A stretch of 42,109 bases of DNA from an uncultured Elusimicrobium sp. (GTDB lineage Bacteria; Elusimicrobiota; Elusimicrobia; Elusimicrobiales; Elusimicrobiaceae): assembly GCA_902781765.1 (NCBI GenBank), contig CACZKQ010000010.1, positions 1 through 42,109 of the forward strand, read 5' to 3'. The notes beneath the pieces were generated by a model. The model had not been told where the DNA came from, ran no database searches, and worked only from the letters and a program-made list of their open reading frames with translations. Numbering within the stretch: the stretch's first letter is position 1; the number at the start of each line of letters is the position of its first letter. Positions 9,290 to 17,039 of the stretch are shown one piece after another. The translations under genes were made by a program, and so were the position numbers.

Positions 9290-9824
9290 TGCCTTTGGTA
9301 TCCCAAAAGCGCTCTATATTCTGCATATAGTTCCAAAAACAGTTTAATTGGAGCTAAAAATTATCCTTCTTCAGATAAATTCAGCCAAAAAATTCCTTTT
9401 TTTTAATTACTCCCCGGATAATACGCCAAATATTATCCTTAATGCTATGATTTAATACAAATAATATACCATTTTACGCCGAAAAGTGTGAAAATTGTCA
9501 TATAGTGTTGAATATACAAAGGCTAACATCCGTATAAGGATTGAGGGTAAAAGAGGAAAAGTTGCATTCCACAAAAATGCTCAAAAAATGCCCCTTAAAA
9601 TGCCCGATAAACGGTAATAATTTCAACTATATGAAGGCTTTTTTAACAAAATTTATCATAACAGAGATATAGACGATATTAAATAAAAAATAGGTATATG
9701 TTCAATAGATTTTTCCCCATAAAATGGCGTATATAATTAAAATTCCAACACCATCACACAAAATGTAACTCTTTAAATTGTATGATGTAGATATGGGCGA
9801 AATTTCGAATGATAAGAGGACTTT

Positions 9825-11405
9825 ATGTTTACTGAGATACAATTAAATGATTTTAGAATTTTAAAAAACCAAAGTTTAAAATTGGGTAAGTACATAACAA
9901 TGCTCGCAGGATGGAATGCAACAGGGAAATCAACAGTTCTGGCCTTATTAGCAAATTCAACTCAAAGGACAGATAAAAAAACTTATACCGGGAAGCCTTT
10001 CCGTGCGGAATTTAGCGAAATATTGAAAGGAAGCAAAAATTTTGATAAAAGTGAAGCCAATCGTTTGCAAATCACTTGGGAAAATGGTACTCAACAAATT
10101 ATTAAAACGTTTAGAACAAGTTGGCAAAATGAAAATGGTAAAAACCGTTTTAGAGTCATTCCAAAAGAACTAGATGAGGATGACAAACGTAAAAATGAAG
10201 CCAAATTTGATATACCCGTAATATATTTGGGGTTGTCCCGCTTATTCCCAATTGGAGAAAGTGATGATGAATCGCTCAAAGGAAGTGCTCTAAATTTCCA
10301 AGAGGAAGAAGATAAAAATTGGTTCATAAAAACTTACCAACAAACTTTATCTTTACAAAATGAAACTATTACAGGAATTACCGGAATTAATGTCTCTATC
10401 ATTAAGAAAAATACATCCGGCATTAATACGCAATCATACGATTGGAGAACAAATTCATCTGGACAAGATAATTTAAGCCAGATACTATTTGCCCTATTGT
10501 CATTTAAAAAACTTAAACAAAGTAACAAAGATTATAAAGGTGGACTCTTAATTATAGATGAAATAGAATCGTCATTACACCCTAAAGCCCAGCAACATTT
10601 AATTGACCTCTTGATTAAAGAAGCCAGGGCAAATGACATTCAAATTGTATTTACAACACACAGTCTCTCTATTATCAAATATTTTTCAGATAAACATAAA
10701 AGCGATGATGGAAATATCACTTACTACTATTTTACCAAGGCAAATGACAAATTAGAGATTCAAAAAACACCTAGTTTTGAAAAAATGGAACAAGATTTGT
10801 TGTTACCTGTTTATCATAAGCCTAGTCCACAACAAATTGTGGTATACACAGAAGACCCAGAAGCTCGATGGTTTTTATCTAAGTTATTACGTTATCGAAT
10901 TCCACAAAAGAGATTAAATCTATTAGATATTCGACTTTCCTGCTCTTCTATTATAGATTTAATGAATACTGACCCGGCATTCGCAAACTATATCGTTATT
11001 TTGGACGGAGATTTACCAACTAAACAAGAAAATCGCATTAAGAAGAACAAAGGAAATTTATTGTTGTTACCAACCAACCTAAATGAGGATTCTATTCCTA
11101 AAAAGGAATCCCCAGAGGAGTGTTTATATAATTTTATATTTTCTCCCAAAGCAACGGACTATTTAGCTAAAGAACACGAAAAAAATGATATGGTTAAGAT
11201 AGAATATTTCCGAGAAAATGCAATTTCGAGTGACAACAGAGAAGAATATAAAAAATGGTTTAATTCTCAAAAAGAGATTTTAGATAATAGCCAAATATGG
11301 AAATATTGGAAAGAAGTCAATTCCAACCAGGTTTCTGAATTTATTCAAAAGTTTCAAGAGAAATTTAATAAAATTGCTGATAAATTAAACATAGAAAAAA
11401 TATAG
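9825..11405 (+). CDS. ABC-type ATPase with C-terminal TOPRIM-like domain (OLD/PARIS-like ATP-dependent nuclease)
   Basis: Walker A GWNATGKST, signature SSGQ, Walker B/D-loop LLIIDEIESSLHP, H-loop FTTHS, TOPRIM-like VYTED and ILDGD. Confidence 0.8.
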   Translation: MFTEIQLNDFRILKNQSLKLGKYITMLAGWNATGKSTVLALLANSTQRTDKKTYTGKPFRAEFSEILKGSKNFDKSEANRLQITWENGTQQIIKTFRTSWQNENGKNRFRVIPKELDEDDKRKNEAKFDIPVIYLGLSRLFPIGESDDESLKGSALNFQEEEDKNWFIKTYQQTLSLQNETITGITGINVSIIKKNTSGINTQSYDWRTNSSGQDNLSQILFALLSFKKLKQSNKDYKGGLLIIDEIESSLHPKAQQHLIDLLIKEARANDIQIVFTTHSLSIIKYFSDKHKSDDGNITYYYFTKANDKLEIQKTPSFEKMEQDLLLPVYHKPSPQQIVVYTEDPEARWFLSKLLRYRIPQKRLNLLDIRLSCSSIIDLMNTDPAFANYIVILDGDLPTKQENRIKKNKGNLLLLPTNLNEDSIPKKESPEECLYNFIFSPKATDYLAKEHEKNDMVKIEYFRENAISSDNREEYKKWFNSQKEILDNSQIWKYWKEVNSNQVSEFIQKFQEKFNKIADKLNIEKI

Positions 11406-11417
11406 AATATAAGTAAT

Positions 11418-12281
11418 ATGGAAAAAACATATTCTCCCCTAAGATATCCCGGAGGAAAGGTCAAATTAGTGCCTTTCTTTAAAAAGCTCCTTCAAGAGAA
11501 TCACTTGATAGGAACGACCTATGTTGAGCCCTTTGCTGGGGGGGCAAACGTTGCTCTTTCATTACTCATTGATGGCTATGTATCAAAAATCATCATTAAT
11601 GATGTTGATAAATCTATTTATGCGTTTTGGTATTCCATATTGAAAAACACTGATGAATTTATCAAAAAGATTCAGCATTCCCGCATATCAATAACAGAAT
11701 GGAAACGGCAAAAATCAATCCTGGAAAATCCCCAGAAATATTCTGAACTAGAGTTGGGATTTGCCGCTTTTTTCCTAAATCGCACTAATTTTAGTGGGGT
11801 ATTACAAGCTGGCCCTATCGGGGGATTACAACAAAAGGGAACCTATAAAATTAACGCCCGATTTAACAAAAAACTTCTAATTGAGAAAATACGGCTTATT
11901 GCCTCTTACAAACATTCTATACTAGTAACTTGTAAAGATGCCTTGGATGTTATAAATTTCATCCGAGAAATACCAAAATGCTTAGTTTATTTTGACCCAC
12001 CATACTATGTACAAGGGAAAAAACTATATACAAACTTTTACCAACACTCTGACCACGCAAAATTGGCCGCTTCAATACAGAAGCTTACAATTCCGCTAGT
12101 CATTACGTATGATAATGTGGAACAAATTAAGGCGTTATATAACAACTTGGAAACCAAAGAATTTATCATCCATTATTCAGCTAAAAGACATACTACTGCT
12201 AGCGAAGTAATGTTTTTAAATAATATCCCTTACAATTCGAGATATTTTTTAAAAGAATTGGTTATGCCCAATCAGTTGTAG
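11418..12281 (+). CDS. DNA adenine methyltransferase (Dam/D12 class)
   Basis: SPLRYPGGK, EPFAGG, IIND, NRTNFSG, DPPY. Confidence 0.93.
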   Translation: MEKTYSPLRYPGGKVKLVPFFKKLLQENHLIGTTYVEPFAGGANVALSLLIDGYVSKIIINDVDKSIYAFWYSILKNTDEFIKKIQHSRISITEWKRQKSILENPQKYSELELGFAAFFLNRTNFSGVLQAGPIGGLQQKGTYKINARFNKKLLIEKIRLIASYKHSILVTCKDALDVINFIREIPKCLVYFDPPYYVQGKKLYTNFYQHSDHAKLAASIQKLTIPLVITYDNVEQIKALYNNLETKEFIIHYSAKRHTTASEVMFLNNIPYNSRYFLKELVMPNQL

Positions 12282-12295
12282 TTCGAATAATTTTT

Positions 12296-13864
12296 CTACC
12301 TTATCAAAAAGTTATAAAATTCGTTGAAGGCAGTACCCCATACGCAATACTTAGACCCTTCGGCCACGAAACTGAAGGGTTTTTTCATTATAATTTCAAT
12401 ACTTTTTCCTTTCATTAAGAGGTTCGCAAATATCAGATTCAAAATTTTACGTTTCTGCCCACTCTGCGAACCTTTGAACAATTCCGGTAAGCGTGAAAGA
12501 AGGTTTACAGCTCTAGCCAACGTCCACGCGGTACGATTGGATGTGCCCTTTTTCTGACCCGACAGTTTATCCTGCAGGTTCTTTTCTTCCTCTGCTAACG
12601 CTTGGAGCTTGGCATTTACCGTTTCACTGGGAATTAAACCGCTGGCTTCTTTTTGTACCCATACTTCCTTTTCTTTCGCAATCTGGCCCAGCCGCCGCTG
12701 TGCATTGGCACGCACAGCATTTTCTGCTTGTTCCTGCGTGTTTAGTTTGCCTACTAGCTGAGCTAATACCCCTTTGAGTAAAGCAGGCGGCACTTGAATT
12801 GCTTTGAGCGTTTCCATAACCGCTTTAGTAGCTACTTCCTCACGAATTTCCCCACAACTACACTGTTTATGGTTGGCTTTGCCAGCACAACGTAAATAAA
12901 TGTAATGGTGCTTCTTCCCGTCTGTTTTGTTGGTTTTACATCTGTGATAACTGGAAATGTATGAATCACAATCAGCACATTTAATCATCCGTTTGAAAGT
13001 GAAAGACAGTTTATCGTATCTGAGCGGCTGCTTGTGATAACCTTCACGGACTTGTTGGCATTTATCAAATAACTGTTTGGAAATAATAGCTCCGTAACGA
13101 TGCGGTATTAAGGTTCCTTTTACGTTCATTATTCCACAGTAAAACGAATTTTCCAGTGTCCGTTGCATACTGGCAGCGTTAAACGCAACACCTTTACAAC
13201 TAATCAGACCTGCCTTCTTAAAATCTCTGGCAGCCTGTTCCATTGAGTAATTTCCCGTGGAGTAGTCCTCAAAAAATTTCTTAACTAGTGGTGCTGCCTG
13301 TGGGTCTTGGATGATTGTCTTTCTCCCGTTTTGTGTTACGTTCAGGTAACCAACAGGAGCTTTGCTCGGCCATTCTCCGTTCATGATTTTCTGTTTTAGG
13401 CCACGTTTGGTGTTTTCGCTAAGAGATAATACATAATTTTCAGCCATTAGCACGCACATACGCCACATTGTCGTATCACTAGCTGAGCTGTTTTTGTGCA
13501 CGACTAAACCGTTCTTAATAAAGTGCAGTTCAACTTTTCCGGCTTTAATCATTGGGTCCACTTCCAGCGTTTCTTTGAAGGTACGCTGAAAACGGTCTAC
13601 CGTATCGGATACAATCGCTATACATCCGGCTTGCTCATTGATATAGTTTAGCATTTCGTGAAACTTCTTCCGGTTCCCTTTGGTAGAAGATTCCACGATA
13701 GAGAACACCTTGAGCACTTGGTATCCTCTGTTGGCACAGTACGCTTGTGCATTGTTTTCCTGTGCTGCGAGTGAGTACCCGTCCTCTTGTTCTTTGCTAG
13801 ATACTCTGGCTAAGATGACCGCTTTAGTAGCGGTCAATTTTGGTGTTTGATTATTATTCGTCAT
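12296..13864 (-). CDS. Large serine recombinase (integrase B); its last 12 codons derive from element A DNA
   Basis: LARVSS, DRFQR, KAPVGY, Zn ribbon CADCD..YLRC..C, coiled coil; reads through the core as W-G. Confidence 0.95.
   Translation of the reverse strand: MTNNNQTPKLTATKAVILARVSSKEQEDGYSLAAQENNAQAYCANRGYQVLKVFSIVESSTKGNRKKFHEMLNYINEQAGCIAIVSDTVDRFQRTFKETLEVDPMIKAGKVELHFIKNGLVVHKNSSASDTTMWRMCVLMAENYVLSLSENTKRGLKQKIMNGEWPSKAPVGYLNVTQNGRKTIIQDPQAAPLVKKFFEDYSTGNYSMEQAARDFKKAGLISCKGVAFNAASMQRTLENSFYCGIMNVKGTLIPHRYGAIISKQLFDKCQQVREGYHKQPLRYDKLSFTFKRMIKCADCDSYISSYHRCKTNKTDGKKHHYIYLRCAGKANHKQCSCGEIREEVATKAVMETLKAIQVPPALLKGVLAQLVGKLNTQEQAENAVRANAQRRLGQIAKEKEVWVQKEASGLIPSETVNAKLQALAEEEKNLQDKLSGQKKGTSNRTAWTLARAVNLLSRLPELFKGSQSGQKRKILNLIFANLLMKGKSIEIIMKKPFSFVAEGSKYCVWGTAFNEFYNFLIR
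12335..12342. repeat. att core 2 (ACCCCATA), element A / element B junction
   Basis: Right flank CGCAATACTTAGACCCTT resembles the right flank of core 1 (TTATATGCTTAGAACTTT). Confidence 0.85.
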
Positions 13865-13948
13865 ATTCTTTGCCTCACTATCTATAATTTACTATTATTT
13901 ACATTTATTTACAAGTATCTTGTATAACAACTATAATATATAAGATAC

Positions 13949-15244
13949 TCACGCCGTTTTCCCCACACAAAATAGGGCAAACAAGTCCTCTTTTCTAAGA
14001 CGGTACTCACTGCCAATCTTGAAGTACCCAATCCGGCCTTCCTTCAACCATTTCTGCAGAGTTCGTTCATTTACTTTAGCGTACTTAGCCGCATCCTTCA
14101 CGGTCAGTAAACGCTGGTAAGTTAGCGGCTCTCTGTGCCTTAACAACTTTTGCCGTAAGCCCCACGAGCGTTTACCTAGCCACTTAAACTGTTTCAGCTC
14201 TCTGTCTATCATCCGTAATACGTCATATACTGCCGGAAGGACCAGTGAAGGCACGTTCTTCTGCAATTTAGCGAACAAGGCAGGCATCTTATCTTTTGGA
14301 TACAAGGCACTCATCAGTTTATAAGCGGAAGCGTAACCCATAGAATTAACCAGTGCACGAAGTCCGACCAACTTCAAATCCCGCTCCAGTACACCCTTGT
14401 GTGGTCCGGCCAACAGCTGATATTCCGGAGTGTAACACGTAGGCGGTATAAACTGCACGGCCTTATACACGGTATTCCAGTAATCTAAGATAATGCTTCG
14501 GGCTCGCTGTTCGCTATATACATCTTGGAAGGTTAGTTTCGTAGTTTTAAAATCCCGCTTGAAGCTGGTTGTCTTATTGAGCCGGACTTCTATCCTCAAG
14601 ATGTTCTTTAGGTCTGGCCGCTTGAACAACCACGCAAGCTTTTTGTCTTTCTTATGACAGTAAAGAACTTCTTTGTACTTGTCGTAGAAACACACTTCCC
14701 GTGTCTTGTTGTGAAATGTGAACTGCCGTCCGTTTATAAAAGTGGTTTTGGTAGCATCCATTCCGGCAATACACGGTTTGGCAGCTGCTAAACGTGCCAG
14801 TACCAATTCAACAGGTACACCGTAACAGGGAATGTTTTTGCCGTAGTGGACTTTATTCACTGCTGCAGTACGGATTGCATCCAGCTCTACTTTGATTCCC
14901 ATTGTCTGGAGTTTGGTTTGTAGCGTTTGGCATACCGTGTTAAACTGGGCATCTGTTACCTCTAACAGATTATTCCCGTAAATTAGTTTTGGCACGGAAA
15001 AACGCATGAATAGGCAATAGCAGTCATTATATCCTGAGAAGTTCCAAATTTCCACGTGCGGGTAATAGTCCTGTAATTGCTTTTTATTGCTGCGCTTATT
15101 CCACTTGTGCCAGTTACTACCGGAGAAATTTTCCACATCCGAATTATTAAACAAGTCCGGTTGTGTTACTTCCCACGCACGCTTCCCTAGGTCTTCCCTA
15201 TCATACCCACATACATCAATCTTCAATTCAACGGTATCAATCAT
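13949..15244 (-). CDS. Rolling-circle-type replication initiator (phage/plasmid II/X, Rep_trans-like) fused to a C-terminal excisionase HTH
   Basis: N-terminal MIDT, SVPKLIYGNN, FYDK, LRIEVRL motifs; C-terminal LLTVKDAAKYAKV..T..W..G..KIG..YRL. Confidence 0.7.
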   Translation of the reverse strand: MIDTVELKIDVCGYDREDLGKRAWEVTQPDLFNNSDVENFSGSNWHKWNKRSNKKQLQDYYPHVEIWNFSGYNDCYCLFMRFSVPKLIYGNNLLEVTDAQFNTVCQTLQTKLQTMGIKVELDAIRTAAVNKVHYGKNIPCYGVPVELVLARLAAAKPCIAGMDATKTTFINGRQFTFHNKTREVCFYDKYKEVLYCHKKDKKLAWLFKRPDLKNILRIEVRLNKTTSFKRDFKTTKLTFQDVYSEQRARSIILDYWNTVYKAVQFIPPTCYTPEYQLLAGPHKGVLERDLKLVGLRALVNSMGYASAYKLMSALYPKDKMPALFAKLQKNVPSLVLPAVYDVLRMIDRELKQFKWLGKRSWGLRQKLLRHREPLTYQRLLTVKDAAKYAKVNERTLQKWLKEGRIGYFKIGSEYRLRKEDLFALFCVGKTA

Positions 15245-15474
15245 TTGACACCGCCTTGAAGCGTGGCATCTTCATCCGGCAAGCCGTGAACGTCTCTGTG
15301 CGACAAAGCTCGGTCTATTTCATCTAAGACCTTCAGCAGTTCTGACAGGTCATATTGGGCATCAAACGCTTCTTGTTCAGAAACGCTGTGCCCGTAGAGT
15401 TCCTCTAAGGACTCTTTGAATGTTTTGTTGTTTTGCTCCATTGGAGCATGCGTTTTATTATTCTGCATGCCCAC
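15241..15474 (-). CDS. Small acidic helical protein, similar to 6570-6776
   Basis: FKESLEELYGHSVSEQEA..L..LLKVL; ATGA overlap with the Rep start; exact start uncertain. Confidence 0.7.
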   Translation of the reverse strand: MGMQNNKTHAPMEQNNKTFKESLEELYGHSVSEQEAFDAQYDLSELLKVLDEIDRALSHRDVHGLPDEDATLQGGVK

Positions 15475-15572
15475 ATGCTGAAAACGATAAGAGCTTATAG
15501 CAACTCAGATAAATTTGAAATTTTCGTCGGAAATTTTCTTAGAACACACTTAGAAATGGCCTATTTTGACAT

Positions 15573-15602
15573 AAAAAAAGGATTCCCTATTTCAAGGAAT
15601 CC
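15573..15602 (-). terminator. Intrinsic terminator
   Basis: GGATTCC/GGAATCC stem followed by T7 on the minus strand. Confidence 0.75.
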
Positions 15603-15626
15603 CGTCTAAGCAAATTCTTAGAAATG

Positions 15627-16493
15627 CTATTTCTCTATTTTCCAAACAATTTTCTGATTTTTTATGCCCAATCTGTAAGGGAAATGTACTCTCTCTAAGT
15701 GTTTTTCAATCGTACTGATATAACCTTGTACCGAGTTTTCGCCCTTTGGGTCTTTTATTGTTGTTTTTACTTTGAACTCACGAATAAGTTCTTTCAGGGG
15801 CCAAGGGCCTTTTTCCTGCATCATACGAAGCAACAAACGCATGGATATTTTCGTCGCATCAATTTTATCAGAATGGGTATGATACACCAGTTGCCCTTCA
15901 TCCCCAAAAAATTGCAAATCACGATACACAGCATCCGGTTCTACCGGAATCAAGGCACTGGCAATATCTTCTGCAGCAACAAGTAATTTGACAAATAATT
16001 TATCAACTTCTTGGTCAATAGCTGTGATATTTTCTAATTCCGGGAACTGCAAAAAACCCTTTTGTTGCAAATATATCAAATCCGTGTACAGTCGTACATC
16101 TGAGTCCGGATAATTGGGCGACTGTTTGTGAATCAAAAACTGCCTTCCTTTAGATTCTTCCATTTGTTCTAAGAAGGAAATGGTACGCTCTAAACTTTTA
16201 TGAAAGGTCTTGTAATCATCCAACGGTACCAGCTCATCTTTTTCGTAGTGATTCAGATAAGCATCAAGTAATTTTTGGGCTTCTTGTTTCTGTACTTCTA
16301 AAGGGATTGGATGGCCCGTAGATAATAAATCTTCCAGTTTGACAATGCTGGTACTGGCTTCTGGCGGGTTATTTAGACCATTTTTATGGTCAAACGAATG
16401 AAGGCAAACAGAACCACGCTCTATACACCCGAGTAAAACAATAAGATACCAGCTCGGTAAAGGTTCGTTCGTAATTGATTTTTGGTTAGACAT
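15627..16493 (-). CDS. Hypothetical protein with possible C-terminal winged helix
   Basis: 288 aa ORF coupled to the upstream HTH gene; C-terminus ..SVQGYISTIEKHL.. resembles an OmpR-type wHTH. Confidence 0.55.
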   Translation of the reverse strand: MSNQKSITNEPLPSWYLIVLLGCIERGSVCLHSFDHKNGLNNPPEASTSIVKLEDLLSTGHPIPLEVQKQEAQKLLDAYLNHYEKDELVPLDDYKTFHKSLERTISFLEQMEESKGRQFLIHKQSPNYPDSDVRLYTDLIYLQQKGFLQFPELENITAIDQEVDKLFVKLLVAAEDIASALIPVEPDAVYRDLQFFGDEGQLVYHTHSDKIDATKISMRLLLRMMQEKGPWPLKELIREFKVKTTIKDPKGENSVQGYISTIEKHLERVHFPYRLGIKNQKIVWKIEK

Positions 16494-16495
16494 AT

Positions 16496-16852
16496 TTATC
16501 TACTCCGTTTGGAAGGCTTGGTTGTGCGCTTAACGACCTTTTTATTAGGTGTCTTGATTCTGACGGTTCTTGACTTGGTCCGAACCGATTTCCTAGATGC
16601 CGTTTGCTGGGCCATTTTGCCCCTTATAGCCGTCTTTGGCTTGATTGGGGCAATACAGCTATGCTGACTAACCATAGACTGCTGTGCAGCCTGATAAGCA
16701 TCCTGCAAGTACGCCTCAAAATCACTGTTCCGGATGCGTAACTCTTTACCGAATTTGTACGATTTCAGTTTACCACGTTTGATTTCACGGTAAACGGTCA
16801 TTTTACTTACTTGCAGGATGTTAGCCACCTGTTCTGGCGTTAAAAAGTTCAT
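16496..16852 (-). CDS. Excisionase-family (HTH_17/MerR-like) DNA-binding protein with basic tail
   Basis: FLTPEQVANILQVSKMTVYREIKRGKLKSYKFGKELRI. Confidence 0.88.
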   Translation of the reverse strand: MNFLTPEQVANILQVSKMTVYREIKRGKLKSYKFGKELRIRNSDFEAYLQDAYQAAQQSMVSQHSCIAPIKPKTAIRGKMAQQTASRKSVRTKSRTVRIKTPNKKVVKRTTKPSKRSR

Positions 16853-16959
16853 AACTCTAGTTTACAATATTTAACAACAGACAACAGGTTTTTACCCCAA
16901 AACAGCCCAAAACCACTACTTTCTAGCAGGTCTTAGCTCGTATGTGTTTGGAGTGTTCT

Positions 16960-17002
16960 CTATGCTGTACGCAAACAAAACAACCGTTTGCGTACAGCAT
17001 AG
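16960..17002. repeat. Perfect 17-bp inverted repeat with 9-nt loop
   Basis: CTATGCTGTACGCAAAC-AAAACAACC-GTTTGCGTACAGCATAG; no U-tract on either side. Confidence 0.85.
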
Positions 17003-17039
17003 GGCCTGACCCGGAAAGGATAAGGGAAGGGATGATAGG

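Larger units (their letters stand above)
5015..12342. mobile_element. Integrative element A (LSR, defence cargo) inserted at the tRNA-His 3' end
   Basis: Bounded by ACCCCATA at 5015-5022 and 12335-12342; LSR abuts the tRNA; AT-rich RM/ATPase cargo. Confidence 0.85.

Noticed and set aside
9132-9406. Two 64-aa ORFs in the element A intergenic region
   Set aside because: They overlap on opposite strands, lack convincing RBS or motifs, and are better explained by the GC-rich structure.
9825-11405. Calling the ATPase Gabija, Septu or retron-associated
   Set aside because: No UvrD helicase, HNH or reverse transcriptase partner is present; the neighbour is a methylase.
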